64,000 bases of DNA from Kudoa neothunni (taxonomy: Eukaryota; Animalia; Cnidaria), in assembly GCA_964304625.1 (NCBI GenBank), contig OZ199840.1:7943744-8007743 (forward strand). Reading direction: 5' to 3'. Shown piece after piece: positions 24,265 to 39,930 of the stretch. The position numbers and the translations under genes were made by a program. How positions within the stretch are numbered: the first letter of the stretch is position 1; each line of letters opens with the position of its first letter. The notes below the pieces were generated by a model that saw nothing but the letters and a program-made list of their open reading frames with translations, was not told the DNA's origin and did no database searches.

Positions 24265-27200
24265 ATGGATTTATTTGAAGAGAAAACAGAGCGTTTAATT
24301 ATCTCTCACATTGTGAATGAAAATTTTAAGTCATTCGCAGGGATTCGAAAGTTAGGTCCATTTCACAAATCGTTTACATCGATAGTTGGTCCGAATGGGA
24401 GTGGAAAGTCGAATGTGATCGATTCCATATTGTTCGTTTTTGGATACAGATCTAGTAAAATAAGATCGAAAAAGTTGTCTCATTTGATTCACAAATCTGA
24501 AAATCACACCGAATGTAAACAATGCACAGTGTCCATTCATTTTTCGAAGATTGATGAGGCCAACAACGATGAAGTTTTGGATAGTTTTGTGATATCAAGA
24601 ACCGCACGCGTTGATAACACCAGCGATTATTATATCAACCACACTAAACGAATAACATTCAAGGAAATCCAACAGCTGTTGTTGTCTTATGAGATAGACG
24701 TTGAACACAATAGATTTTTGATTTTGCAGGGTGAAGTTGAACAGATTTCGTTGATGAAACCAAAAGCGGCCAACGAACATGATGATGGTATATTGGAGTA
24801 TCTTGAGGATATAATCGGTAGCAACAAGTTTATCGAACCAATCAACACAATAAAAGGTCAAATGGAAGAGTTAAATGATTTGCGCGCGGAAAAGTACAAT
24901 CGTGTGAAAGTGACTGAGAAAGAGAAAACCAGCTTAGAACCGGCTAGAAAGAAAGCGCTGGAGTATGTGGACAAGGAGAAGGAAAGAAATCGTATCAAGT
25001 CGCTGATTCTACTTGGCAAAATTAGTCAAATTGAGCAAGACAATGATAAATTGCTCACCAAGAAAACCACTCTAGACGAGCAACTTTCTCAGGTGACCGG
25101 CAGCAAAGAGAATTATGAGGGTGAATTAGCCCAAATCAACAGCCGTATAGACAATATCACAAGCGAATTGGATCCGTTGTCCAAAACAACCGATCAACTT
25201 AAACGCAAAATAGTACAGCTGGAAAAAGATCATACCAAACAACTCCAAGAAGAGAAATATCTGAATGATCGGGTGGAAGAGTTGGAAGTGGAGATCAAGG
25301 AGGCAATCGATAAAAAGACCGAACTTTCCAACAGTTACGATAAGATCAATGAAACACTAGACACTTTGAACAGCTCTAAAGATAAGTTACAGGAGGAGTT
25401 AAGACAGTACGAGGAAACCTACAACACATTGATGATTGATGTGAAAAAAAGCACAAAGGATCTCACCAAAGAGAAAGCAGAGTTGGATGAGGTTATTCTA
25501 AAGAAGAATGAAGAGGTCAATAAAATTCAACAAGAGATTGACAACCTTAAGTGTGAAGTTGAAGAGTTGAGGTCGAATGAAAAAAATGTGATGGCACAGA
25601 TCAAACAACGTGAAGCCCAGATTAAATCTATTGACCAGTTCCTAAGAGAGAAGTAATTTTGCTATGATATTGCTAGTGTATGGATTGTATAGTGAAAACA
25701 ACGACAAACTGAAACAGATTGAAGCCGAAAAACAACAGCTTGATGATTTCAAACAACAATTGGAACAAATTAAAGCAGATGAAGCTAATTTGGTTGCAAC
25801 CTACAAAGAAAAACACAGCTCATTCGAGAGTATTAAAGCGCAGAGAAACAGCTCCAAATTCAAAAACAAAATAATTGAATCGTTGCTAAAAGCTCAAAGC
25901 AAAGGGGAGATTAAAGGGATTTTTGGAAGAATGGGCGATCTTGCATACATTCCTCCCCAATATGATTGTGCTGTTAGTACTGCTTTCCCCTCGTTGGACA
26001 ATGTACTTGTGGAGAATATTGATGTAGCCAGAAATTGTGTGGAATTTCTCCGAAGTAACAACCTAGGAACATCCACTTTCATCTGTCTTGATAAAATGAA
26101 AACATGGCGTTCCCGAGTGGAACAAACAAAGTCAAACTTTTCAACGTATTCCTTTGATGTTGTGGAATTTATAAATATTGAAATTTATTTTTAGGCCCAA
26201 CAACGTTCCACGATTGTTCGATTTGATTGAGTTGGTCGATCGCAAATTCGAAACAGCCTTCTATTTCATCATGAGAGATACTTTGGTAGCTAAATCAATG
26301 GAGGAAGCCACTTCTATCGCTTTTCAGGTTGAATCTTAATAAAAATGATCGAACCGAGATCATTTTCTAACTTGTTTTTATTAATTTAGAAGAAACAACG
26401 ATGGAGAGTGGTAACTTTGGCTGGAGAATTGGTCGAAAAGTCAGGCACAATGAGTGGTGGTGGCTCCCGTAAAACCACTGGACGAATGTTAACCACCCAT
26501 GACAAAAATAACAACAAACAGGGAAAGGGCAGAAATCCAAGAAGACTTAGTGACCTAGATGTGCACAAAATGGAAATCGAAATCAACTCACTCAAATCTC
26601 AAATCACTGATATAAAGGCTGAAAAGTCTAGATTGATCTCATCGGTTGATTCACTCGCAAAATCAATACCCAAACAAGAAACCAATCTACAGAAAATCTA
26701 TATGGAGATTGATGCATCCAAGAATGAGTTGGTTGAATTGAGAGATCAACTGGAAAAGCTGTCTGTTGAACTTGAACGAGCGAAACCAGATCAACAAAGT
26801 ATGGATCAACTCAAGAACACTATCGCTAAGAAGAATCAACTTTTCGACAAAGCCAATACATCGCTGGAAAAAGTCAAATCAAAAGCGGGTGCTGTTAATG
26901 ATCAGATCGCCACTATTTCCAACAAAATTCTTCAACAAGTTCAGTTTAAAATCAACTCAGTTTCTAGACTCATCGAACAAGTTTCCTCTGAAATCTCGAA
27001 GAATAATGCTATTATCTCCAACAACAAAAAACAGGACGACAAACTTCAAAAAACTCTCCAGGATTTAAACAAAGAACACTCCAAATGTGATCAAAAGTTG
27101 AAAGTGATCTTACGAAAAAAATCACAGAACAATAACATCGACAATCAAACTACCATACTGTATGAGGACCAACTGGCTGATATGAAGCAACAACTCGGCG

Positions 27201-28297
27201 ATAGTGAACAAACGCTCGAACAACACAAACTCAACCTAGCTCAACTTCAAAATACCGCCACTAATCTACAAACCGAAATAGAACAGCAGAAAATTAAAAT
27301 CGTCGATACGCGCAATGATTTGGATAAAATTTCTTCTCAATGTTCCATTGCCACGCATCAAATTGCTTCCATACAAAAAGAATTAGAGCAATTGAATATT
27401 GCTCATGAAGATGTTGCAGATTGGCAACAACATGTCTCGTCTGCACATCTGCTTCATGATCAACTGGCCGATTTGGATCAGTATCTTAAAACTAATCAAG
27501 TCAATCTACAAGTTATTGATGAGTACAACAGTAAAATGTCTATCTACATGGAACGAGTCGCAGAACTTGAAGAAATCACACAACAACGAGATAAATATCG
27601 TGTCGAATTGGATGCTTTGTACAAGGAACGTTTGAATTCGTTTATGGATGGATTCGCTGTGATCAACTCCAAACTCAAAGAATTCTACCGATTAATCACT
27701 CTTGGTGGAGATGCCGAATTGGAATTTGTTGATAGTTTAGATCCCTTTGTAGAAGGTGTTGTCTTTAGGTAGGGCGAAGAATAATGAAGAAATTATTGCG
27801 TTGTTCATTCAAATGTTTTTTTATTAATGTTGTATTTTTAGTGTGAGACCACCAAATAAAAGTTGGAAGGTAATCGGTAATTTGTCCGGCGGAGAAAAAA
27901 CTCTGAGTTCGCTTGCATTGGTAATCTTTTCACCTACGCTAAAAGCGATGCTACTATTTGTGTCTAACATGGTTGGTTGTATAGGTGTTTGCACTACACT
28001 ACTATAGACCATCTCCTTTTTATGTTATGGATGAAATTGATGCTGCGCTTGATTTCAAAAATGTTTCCATTATAGCGAATTACATCAAGGTTAGAATTGT
28101 CTTATAATGATTCTTTCTTCCGTTAGAATGTAATTGTGTCGTTTCTGTAGGAACGTACAAAAAATGCCCAATTCATTATTATAAGTCTTCGTAACAATAT
28201 GTTCGAACTGGCAAACGTTCTTGTGGGAATTTATAAGACGGATAATTGTACAAAGTCGATTGCAGTGGATCCCTTTAAAATGATCACTATTGAATGA
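24265..28297 (+). CDS. SMC4: Structural maintenance of chromosomes protein 4 (condensin), multi-exon
   Basis: ENFKSFAG...[24 protein letters not shown] (Walker A), hinge [86 protein letters not shown]. Stop at 28295-28297. Confidence 0.97.
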
Positions 28298-30625
28298 TTG
28301 ATTTTTTGTCTTTATGATTTGGTTGTTCATTTGAATTTTTCTGGTTATTTTTTCATTTAATTGCACTGTTTCGCTTGAAAATTTTGTGCATGGATTTTAT
28401 TATTTGTTGTATTAAAAAATTTATACTTATAAATTAAGCTAATAACTATTTTTTTACATTTTTGGACTTAATTGATGAGTTTGAATTACATTTTAACAAT
28501 TAAAATTTATAAGTTTGTTTAGATTTTAATTAATGTATTATAATATTTGAAAATTTAAGTGCGGTATTTTTTTGAGTTAAACATTTTTATTATTTCGCGA
28601 TTTTTTTCATATTTATACATCTTGGAGAATATGATTAAAGAATATTTGAATAATTATCTAAAAACTGATAAGAAACTTCAGTTCATTCATTTGTAATGGC
28701 GGGAATCATTTGTTCATGATTTTAATGAAATTTCTTTCTCACAATGATTTTCATTTGATTGAGGAACTTTTCAGTGTATCTAAAGGAAGGAATATTCGGT
28801 TCAAACAAATGGTTGTGATTGCTTGACAATATAAGCTCAATTATCAAATATGTCTTTATGGGTTAGAATATTATCCATTATCAGGGTAGTGCGTTCGATT
28901 TCCTCATTAGTAAGGTCATTAAATAACTTAATCATTGGATTATAAATTATATTCTGATTGACGGATCCGTTTTCTTAAATAAAACGCAAAATTTTCCTTC
29001 GCTTATGGAAGCTATTAAAATTTTATTTTTTGAGCGTGCGCTTTTGATTTAAAAATTCGCTATTGTTTCAGAAACTCACGGCTCAGACGATCGTAGCATA
29101 GATGAATAAAAATCTGCGTCATTTATATAAATTTGTGAAGATCATAAGTCCATAATTTGACCCAAGTTTAGCTTAAACATGTTGTTTTATCATATAGGGG
29201 TTTCCAAGCTATTTCGTCATTTGTTTATAAATAGCCGATTTCAAATGGAATGTTCGTATTTGTAGGCATATAACTGGAATTTTGAAAATGATAAATAACT
29301 CTTCGAAATGTTTAAGTATTAAATAATATATTAGATAATAAAAATTAAAGTAATAACGAGCAGCAAGTGTGTTCAAGTTGAAAAAATAAAAAACTTTCTG
29401 ACGCACTAAGAGAATCATTTCAGAAAATTAAAGAATCATATACTTAAGAGACAATCACGAAACAGATCCAGATTTTTAAATTAAACTGATGGAAGATTTA
29501 GAACTATTTCATCTGCTAATTGTCTCGAATATTGCAAAAAACGCTCCGTTTTCTGGTAAGGTGCCTAAATAAAGTCATTAAATTATATTAACACATTTTC
29601 CTATTGTTATGTATTTTTATTTTCCGTATCGAAATAAAATTTATTTTATTATGTTTACTAGTGTATTCATTAATATAAGTTGATGTTGACGAAATAGCTT
29701 GGAAAACCTTGTATTAATCAATAGTTTAAATCTCGCGATCTCGCGATCTATCTATTTATCTATCTGAAGTTATTTCTTTTAAATAACTTCATTCCAATGA
29801 TTCTTTTTAAAAGAATTAAGAGCGATCATATTTTTATTGATTACCATATTTAGCTAATGAATTAATTAGTGAATTAGTCGCCACCATATAAAACTCTTGT
29901 AATGACCCAGTAAAAATTGGAGCCAAACAGTGTGCTGTCAATGTACAATAATATATGATTTTGATAATGAGTAATGCAATTTATTAACTGTGCGAATTAT
30001 ATTATAAAATAAAAGGTTTTTGTTGATTTTTTTAAAGAATATAGAAATAGAAATTATTGAAAATTGTAGTTTTTAATTATTCTTCGGCCCATAAATTCAG
30101 TTTATCGGCTTATTTTTCTTCACTATTTTTGTTCGAGCGTAATTTTTAAATCCATACTTCCTAGCATGTTTTCATTAATATCGATATTTAATCGTTTAAG
30201 TTCGCCTGTATTTATTCAAATCTACATAGTTTTACCTATAATAAAATAAACGGCTAGGAAATACACAATATCGAAAGTATGATTTATATGTATATTGTGG
30301 GGAATAATAAATGCACGCATGTATACGCCGAGAAAAGAATAGCTATTTATTTTATTGTTACACTTTTATCTTTTCTAGTGGAAGTTAATATTTAAAACGC
30401 GGAATAAAATTAATTACGATATCCTCAAAAAATATAATTTTTCGGTTTATTGCTACCGATATAACAAGCTTAATTATGTCTTTAAACTATAAGTCAATAT
30501 ATGTACAGATACATACATGGTTTAAATGAGTCTTGGAATTGACCAGATCATAAAGAGCGCAAAATATAGCATTAAATACAATAGAATAATTGAATAGGAG
30601 CAAATATACACTCAAAAAATAAAAT

Positions 30626-31095
30626 TCAACTGAACACATCAACATCTATCATCATTTTTGGAATTCCTCTTGTTATTTTATATTTGTATTTAGATTCTGG
30701 ACAAATGAGATATCCTTCCAAAACCTCAAAACCAAATAGAGCCTTGTACAATTTTTCTAACAATAAATCGTCGACAGTATCGAGGTTGGTTGGCAAGAAA
30801 TCCGGAAGGTCAATGTCAATCAGTGTCTATGAGAATGGTCAAAAGATTAGTCGATACCTTAACTAATTTTTATCTACCTGTTTAGCTGCCAACCGAAGTG
30901 TGCTATAGTCCAAACGTGGAAGAACTCCGAGAAGAAATTCCTTATTGAATCCATATTCTACAGGCTCAACGCTTGTCGCCCTACATATATTCTAATATAT
31001 TACGTGAGATAAAAAGGCAAAACCTCTATCTCCAAAGGATAATTATTTGTAACATCCTGGATGGATGCAAGAAAGTTGTGAGTGAAAAGTTTCAT
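30626..31095 (-). CDS. TRMT112: Multifunctional methyltransferase subunit TRM112, 3 exons
   Basis: MKLFTHNFLAS...YPLEIE|ATSVEPVEYGFNKEFLLGVLPRLDYSTLRLAAKQ|TLIDIDLP...FEVLEGYLICPESKYKYKITRGIPKMM, matching Trm112 motifs. Confidence 0.9.
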
Positions 31096-32256
31096 TTTTG
31101 AGCATGCGCACAGAGAAAGTTCTACGTAACTTGGTGATAGATGAAGCTGAATAGTGAAAACTCCAATGTAAATGACATTTAAAAAATGTGCAATTTTTTT
31201 CGCTTCAACATACGCTCAAAGCTTAATTAATTTACGCAGTTATTAAAAAAACAAAATTTAAACAAACAAAACAATAAACGAAAGTTATTAATTTTATGGA
31301 AACAATGATTATCCCCATAAAACACTAAAAAAAGTATAAATATGAAGTTCGAGCATCGAAAATACCTTAGATAAGTGAGTTCCGGCATTCCAGGTTCACT
31401 TCCACGTTGCACGCCTAAATAATGTTATTACAGTATGATAATAGGCAAATTTTTATAGATTAATGTGTCAAATGAAACCTAGGTAGATGATGAGAGGAAT
31501 GATTGACCATCTGAAGACTTCTTGGAAAAAAGAAACAAACGTCATTTTGAAGATGCTGCATGCTGCGTACGCAAAGTGAGAAAGGAGCCTGGCAGCGTGC
31601 TACTCATTGAGTTGGCTTCTACAGTATCATTCATATTATGAAGATGCTTGATTAAAAAGCCTTAATTTTAAAACAACATAATTTTAATATTAGATTAATT
31701 TAAAAATGATAGTCAATATAAGATAATATTTAGAAAGAAATCTGATTTATCGAACCAAGTTCAAGTCCTATAGAAATAAAATTGTTGAAATATAATAAAA
31801 AATGATGTTGTCCTTTTTTAATTAATTGCATGAAATTGAGTCTAATTAATTTTTTAATCGATATAAATCGTTTCAAAATGCAAAAGCTATTGGCACGGTA
31901 AATTTTAATCCTAAACGGCATATACGCTTGCGCGCTAAGGATTTTTAATCCCAGCATTTCTCACTCGTAAGCTATGTACAGGTTTGATGTTTTAGAATCT
32001 GCTATGTTTAATTATTTCTGACTTGCCCTTCGCTCTTTGGGGATAGAAATAATTAAATATAGTCAGAACTAATGATATCTGAATATCATTTATTGTGCAG
32101 ATAGACACGTTCTTTTCAAAGCTATTTAATCGTGTGTATTAATTGGAAAAACTCCAATGTTAAACATTGTTATTGTTAACAATTTTGACCGATTTATTTA
32201 AAATAAGCAAATTTTCTGAAAATATTTATGAAACTTCATACATACTTTATTATTTA

Positions 32257-33141
32257 ACCTTTTAATAAGATAGGGTTGGTTTTTACCCAAGTGAATTTTG
32301 CCAACAATATTATAGTGTATAAATAGAACATAACTCCTCTTCACTTTTTGTAATTTTTTATCTTTATAAAAGCTCTCAGAAGAATGAATTGAAATCTGTT
32401 TTTGTCGTATATCAAAAAAGTTTATGTAAAAACACCTTCCAAATAAAATTAAAATTGAGGTAGAAATCTACCCCACATTTTTCTTTCGCAAAATTATTCA
32501 AAATATGGATACATGTGATTTTTAAAAATTTACGGAAATTCCATCGAGTAAACAATGAATAAATAACGAAACACTATACACGTGTGTCATTGCGCACGCG
32601 CATCACCTATATAAGCATGTAATTCTCTCATTGCTCTTCTACCAGCTAGTCAAATATACGATGACTTTTCATCGAATTGCTTATTTCTACGTTGTAGAGC
32701 GCATTCAATAAACAAATGATATAATTGTTAAATATTTTGACAACTTTTATGTCTTAGAAAGAGTTGAAAGACATATTTCATAACTTTTTTATGACGTAAG
32801 CACTGTTTCCCATCATTTTGTGGTTTTCTGCGTAGTTTTACACTGCTTTGTTTAAAATAAGATAAATTAATTGGTAGTTGTTACAAAACTTGAATTGAAT
32901 GTTAAAACTGAAAAACCACAGAAATACACCTATAAAAAATATGACCATACTCCGTAGAAATGTAACAACATAAATATGCGCGCATGTGTGCATGAAATCA
33001 AACTTTAATAATTGGTCATTAATTCAAAATTTACGCGATGAATTTTACTCATATTTTGTCAATCAATGCTGAATTTTATTTGAGACAATTTTATCAAATA
33101 TAAAAGTGGGGTAGATTTTTTCCCTATTTTTATTCGAAGGG
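32257..33141. mobile_element. Degenerate piggyBac-like non-autonomous element
   Basis: TTAA-CCTTTTAATAAGATAGGG left end versus CCCTATTTTTATTCGAAGGG right end. Internal inverted copies AAATCTACCCCAC and GTGGGGTAGATTT. Confidence 0.5.
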
Positions 33142-34190
33142 TGTGAATTTTTCAGCTACTTGTAAGGTTAACCACTCAACATTACGATGTTTAGCCAAAA
33201 TTAGGTAAAATCATGAAAGATTTAAATTTAAAAGTAATTAATGAAGTATATTTTATGGGTGAAGGTGAGTTAGGTGAAAACACTTGAGGCGATGCTAAAA
33301 TTTTGTTTACCTATCTATTGTTACTTATATGACGATTAAATTTCACATATGTATTTTATTTATACGCAATTAAAATACAATGATTTATTTTCCATATTTC
33401 AAATTTGTTTTAATATTGAAGGCGAAATAAAATATTCAGAGTAATTAAATTTGATTTGTAAGCGATATGGACCATAGAAATAAAAAACTAACTGAAATCA
33501 TCGAGATGGGTTAATAAATAATAATTAAATCAATATATATATATATATATATATATTTATGCTATGCTATGCTGAAAGTAAATTTTATCCAGAAGAAGAA
33601 TTATATTGAATGCATTAAGATTTATTATTTTATAATACGTGTTCTTTTATTCTTATTTTTATTTTCCGATCCAATTCCTTTACAAATAGATTAACAATGA
33701 ATTTTATTTCAATAAATAATATTTGTGTTAACTATTTGAACATAAAAATTTTGGGATGCGCATAGTGGACATTCGTCTACATAAATTATATGATGAATTA
33801 ATATTACCCAAATTTTGGCGATCTGTCCATAAATTTAAACTCTTGTGTGATGTTTTAACCATAGCTAATTATTTTTAAGCCACAACTACATTCATAGAGC
33901 AAAAAGAGAATTCATGATAGAAAAGTCCTAAATATAAACTATATTTAAAATTTTGAATGTTAGTAATGGAGCTACACAAGCATACTGTGGAATAAATCAA
34001 GACTAAACATGCAGACGCAAGCGGTGATAGTCAATTAATTCAGATATTTTGTTGAAATTAACAAACACCTAAATGGCATAATTTGTTTTGTTGTAAATAA
34101 AATAAATTGATAATATGAAGAATGAATATTTTTATGTAATTTTCAATTAAGATTTCTAATTTTTGGAATTAGAAACGCTGTTTGTGAATA

Positions 34191-34708
34191 CAGTGGGTGA
34201 AGGGTGGTGGTGGTTCGCTACTTTTCAGCTGCGTTGAGATTTTTTTTTCATTTGGTGGCGAAATGAGGATAGAAATAAAAATTGGGTTATGATATTAAAA
34301 GAGAAATATGAAATAATAAAGTTTTTCAAAACTTGCAAAAGTATGGGACGGGAATAATATTGAAAACGGCGCCAATATTAGTAATTTTATAACTGATGAT
34401 AACTGTCAAAGGCATGACAAGTTTCGTAAATTTGATGATAGAAAACAAAAAATTTTTCCACTCAAAATCGCCTCGCTTATTTTTCCGATTTGAGACAACT
34501 TGAAATATCGTGGTTTAAATAGTAATAAACATCAAACGGATATCGAACGAGATGTAAACAATATAATTGTCGGAAAACTTAAAATACTACACTATAATTG
34601 ACTAATTTCCCCCAAAATAATTTATCATTATAGTTCATTTGTAGCATCTTTTCCTCCGCCTGGTTGCGCGCGCGGGTATAGAAATTACGAACCGCCCTTC
34701 ACCCACTG
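34191..34708. mobile_element. Tc1/mariner-type MITE
   Basis: TA|CAGTGGGTGAAGGG...GGTTCG and CGAACCGCCCTTCACCCACTG|TA, with TA TSD. Confidence 0.85.
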
Positions 34709-35149
34709 TAATAACTTTATATCTGATTCAATTAATAAATATTCTACCATTAAATTAATAACACATAAAAACTTGACGTTTTTTGCCATATCAACAGAGA
34801 TGATTACAGAAAAGTGTTTTATTTGAGTTATATACATGTAATAAAACTGGTACTATTCCATTATCCACTCATCTTGTGATGGTGTTATACTCGCAGGTTA
34901 TGTGTATATAATAGACAAAATATTGTTTTAGTTTTGTGATTAATTTTAAAACCTATGAACAATTTTTTTACGTCAAAAGTTATATAAACTATCAGGTTAA
35001 AAATAGATTCGCTTTAAGTCGTGATTAAAGTTCAATGCTGCAATAAATATATTTTTTTTTAAATATCTATAATGTCAAGGAAACTTGTAATTAATAGGTA
35101 TAGCATAGAATTTGGAGATTTTGTACACTCAAAGGGCATTTTGGGGTAA

Positions 35150-38100
35150 TCAAGCTAAACATTCCACCTTCCTCGCTAAAGTCATGATCTTTTTAGACAT
35201 GTGTGTTTATTGTACTTGATGCTTTCATTGACAGTGAGCTTGATGTTGTGGTATTCTATAATTATAAAATATTAATTACCTATTACTTCAGTATAACACA
35301 TTGATAAAAACGTATTAACAGCATATTTAACATTCTACATTTTATCTAAGTTGTTTACCATTTGGAATATATTGTGAATGGTTGATTACATCTATTTTTT
35401 TGATGGTTTGGTTAGTTTTATCTAGGCTGGGATCATCGTTTATTAACCTATTATAAATAGCGTTGTTGATAGTATTAAATGCTAAATACTTTTCAACAAT
35501 TTTTCTTTCGATGTCACCTTAATTCATTAATTATTTCATGTGAGATAATGAATGGTTACATTGTATATAATCTGGTTCATTTTTAATGGAAAGTTCTACG
35601 CATTCTCCAGAAGGAATGTCCAGTTTGTTGGGCTTTCTATAAATTATACATATTCTCAATAAGATCTGCTATTCCTAAATATCTAAGATTATAGATATAC
35701 AAGTATACTGGTAGATATTTGATAATTCCATCTAGTAAGTATAATAACATCAAATTAGTCAAACATAGTTACTGCTACCTATATTGGATGATTTTGGGCT
35801 GTGCGAACGACGTTTAGGATGGAAAGGTGGGATGAGATTGAAAGCTTGAACACATGAATGAGTACTATCCTTAGCATTTTCAGGAGGCTTATGAATCTGT
35901 CCCGATGATCTATTTTTCAATTTGGTAAACTAACCACAACTTTAAGATATTGCATCTACTGTGTAAATCTTCCCACACATTGAACTAAAAACAAAAATCA
36001 AACGCGAACCAAAAATTGATATGTTTTTATTTAAACAATCTCGTTTACAAATATTATTCGACAAAGTATTCTTATTAGCACGCTAACTGTAAAAACATCA
36101 TACTTGATCCTGATTGAGTAAATTTATCGTTGTACATTGAGCATAATTTGAGGTTTCTCACTTGCATCGGCTCTAAGGCATCAATTTAAAAGTTTCTAAT
36201 CAATTTGTGTTACCAGCATCAGATAAGCATTTTTTATGCCTATAAACAATTATATAATCCAATTGTAATGTTTCAACAATAATTAAAATTCTTTTTAAAG
36301 AAGATTATTTAATCATTATTTATAATTTATGATTCAAATTTATAATTAACCTCCTAACGAACTTGGGGTTGTCACATCCCAAGTCGTCTTTAATAACCTT
36401 ATAAAATAATGCATTTTTCTATAAAATTCATAAAAAACTTTTATTATTCTAATTAAGTGATTATCCCATCGTAAAAATTTGAAGAAAATAATCAAGAATT
36501 AATAATGAACAAAAAATGTATCCTCCAACGAACTCCCAGAAGAAACAATCCCAGATTTTTTTCTACAGGTTGTTTGTAAACAATTTATTCGAAAAGACTC
36601 TGATAATAAAAATAATGATTATTACAATAATGTGACTCATTCAACTAATGGAATAATCGGTATTTTTTAACAACTGCAGTCACGACGGTTATCTGCCTTC
36701 AAAACATGGATTAACAATGCTGAATTATCTCCAATATTGTTACTCGAGATGTATTTTAATTGTATGACATTTTATATCATTTTTTTAAAGTTTATACTAT
36801 TTTTAGCTCTTATACAAAAGTTTGAACTTTAATCCGTCCCAGAATTTTCACGAGCGTATAAAATACCGGAGACGGAAGAGGGGGATTAAGGGAGACGATG
36901 GTTAGGGTTTTTCTGAAAATTCATTCGATCGAATTTTTTTACTTAACAAATCATTTTTAGATAATTTTATTGAGATATTAATTCATTGAGGTTTTTACAG
37001 TCGTTTTCGATCCATTCGGCGTCGCTTGATATTTTTTAAGAATATTAATAAAAAATATGTAATTTTATTCCATTTTTCCAATATGAATATTGTATAGCTA
37101 TAAAATAATTTTCTCATCGATATTCCAGGAAATTTTTACACAACGGGTAATTGGAATTAAAAAATGGAACAGTATTTTGGTTCTTCCATAAATTTCTTCA
37201 TTGACTTAGTATGTGCTTAACCAAAATCATAATAACGAAAACATTATAGAAACTGGGGATTTAAAAATTTTTAGATTCATTAATCTCGTGATTATTAAAA
37301 AGTCACTATTTAGATAATAGACCATATGAAGTATTTCTACTTCGTAATAAAAATGTTCTTAATTAAAAAATATAATATTTATAATTAAGTTATTGTTAAA
37401 CAGATCAATATATTTTCTAATTTAACTTAAAAATACGTTACAAGATTTTTAACATGGCACATTATACAGTATTGAAGTTTTTGCCTAAAATGATCATTAA
37501 CGATTTCATAATATGAGTATCAATATATCAGCTTTACTAATTTGTAAGTCAAGATATCAATGCGATTGTTACGGCCATTAATATTTTGAAAAATTTAAAT
37601 CGTATTATTATTCTTATATTTTTTAACAATTTTTAATTCTAAATTTATTTACAAATTTGAAATTTTCTCTTATCAAAAACGTTAATAGGTTGATTGATAA
37701 ACATGGGGTTATTTTCATCAAATAATTCGTTGTATGAAAATAATCATTTTCGAGTAACATGAGGGGTTAATGACCTTTTTTTCCCGTAGTCCACAACGCT
37801 TGCATTATGTAAACTGATCGTCACATTATTGTTAGAATAATTGAAACTACACTGTGATGTTGATTTATCCCTTGAATTAATCGTGTCTATTGGACTGCGT
37901 AGATACAACATTTCTGACTTTTCTAAATAATCGTGTTTCAGCCATAATGTTAATAATAACAATGCTATATTGCAATCCAATAATATGAATGTTTACTCTA
38001 TATAAGAAACATTAACCACGTTTATTCCACAACCGAAAAACAATTTTGAACTACTTTTGAGAGTTTTGGCTCCATTTTGGTAGTTCTAATCAATCGTTTT

Positions 38101-39930
38101 ATAGCAGCTTGAATTTTGAGTTTTCTTATGTTGGAACTGTTGGAATCTTGTTTTTTTGCGGGCTTTTGGTAAGGATACGAAAAGACTTTGGTTATTTTTA
38201 CAAGAGTCTTCTGACCTGCTACTCCTCTAAGAACATTTGCAATTCTATAAAATTAATGCTAATGAGTTAGGGGATTTGTTTTAGCGTGTGAAGCTATACG
38301 GTGGATCCAAATTCGTTTCTGGAGACTTTGACGGCATATTCACAGTAACTGCTATGCTATCTTTATCCAACGACAACGACAATGTTTCGCTATCCATTGA
38401 CTCTTTCTTCTTCAATAAAGATTTAACAATAGAATTAGCTGATTTTTTATACGTCTTCTTTGTATAAACTTTTACGAACTCCTATATAATGTAAAATTGA
38501 ATTATAATAACATCTCTATACCTGGTTTAATTGATTTTTCACAATTCTCCTCATTCTGCTTACCCATGAAACTTTTGGAGTTGGCTTTAAGTGTCATCAA
38601 TCCTAACAATTGACAAAATGAGTGAACCAAATAAAAAACATGCTATCTATGAGCAATACTTTTTAGGTTGTTTGCACCACATCTCATTTGTCTGTTTATA
38701 GCATTGACAGAGAACTTAAAATTCAGTTTTTTTGCTCTCTGATAGATAGGAACATCTAGATTAAGTTAGAAACAGCTCACACATCGAAAATATAACCTTT
38801 TGGCTCATTCAACTGAATAAATTCCAGATTGTCATCGTCTTCGGACATTGATAACTTATTAATGTCTTTATAGTATGGAAATTTAAATTTATTATATGCT
38901 CCCATAAATATTGTAAATTATTTTTATCTGATTTAATACAGCTTTAAATGACTAAAAAGTTTATATTTAAATGATCAGAATCAATGGAATACATCTTTCA
39001 AACAATATTTCAATGTTAGTATTGAGTAGTTAAACAGATCAACATTAAATTCAAGTTCATCACATTTTTCCAAATAAATTGGATTTCATAAGGTAAATTT
39101 GAACGTTGTAGGTAGATTACCTTCGATATTTGTGGTTCCACTATCGCTAGAGTGTTTTGGTACCGTTTGAGAAAAGTTCACATTTTGTGGAAATTCATTC
39201 GGCAAACTTCTATAATTTTTTACGTTGCTGGTTCCGAAAATAACATTAGAGGGTTTTACATCGGTCTTATTTCATTTTCAACTAAATTAATAGCATATCA
39301 ATGTTATTCAAACGTTATCCATATCCACCTTGATCCATAATCTCTGGACTCTTGGTTATTTTAGAGTTGACTGACTGAATGTACTTTTGTGTATTCTTAC
39401 TGTAATAATGCAAAGCATTACCACTGGGGTCATAATTACCACAATATTGTTGTTATTGTGTTTGTTTCCAAATTCTTTATAAGCTGCCTTATTAAACATT
39501 GTATACGTGACCAACTAGCATACCACGTAGACAGTAACTCCTATTAATCATTTCCAAAAAAGATATTTATACCAGTACCCGCATAGATTTTATCTTTCTA
39601 TGCTCATAGTTTAAAGCGCATACGTTTTCACTATCGATATACATAGTAGTTTGGAAAGGGGCGGGTTAGTGGTCAATGTTTTGAATTAACCCTCTCCCGT
39701 AGACTCAACCAAAATCTGGTTATTATCGCTCCAATTATAAAACTAATATATTCAATTGAACAATAAATTTGATCCGTTTACATCAGGTTGAAACCTCGGG
39801 TACAATCTACGCTACCATTAGACCCCAAAAACCTCCCCCACCCCTCTACTGCACGATTATCCAACTCCTACCGCTCAGACTGCCTTATTAATCTACACTT
39901 GTTTCACTGCTGCTATCCGATAATTGATTG
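35150..39930 (-). CDS. One or two hypothetical multi-exon genes (unresolved model), Ser/Lys-rich
   Basis: Several open exon-like frames bounded by AG/GT, e.g. EFVKVYTKKTYKKSANSIVKSLLKKKESMDSETLSLSLDKD...DPP|IANVLRGVAGQKT (phase-consistent junction), FTKLKNRSSGQIHKPPENAKDS, KPNKLDIPSGECVELS. No homologue recognised. Confidence 0.4.

Noticed and set aside
24352-28366. Antisense and alternative-frame ORFs within SMC4
   Set aside because: Shadows of the long coiled-coil coding sequence.
31505-31555. CTGAAGA...GAAAC...GTC resembling a minimal hammerhead ribozyme
   Set aside because: Stems I, II and III cannot pair convincingly.
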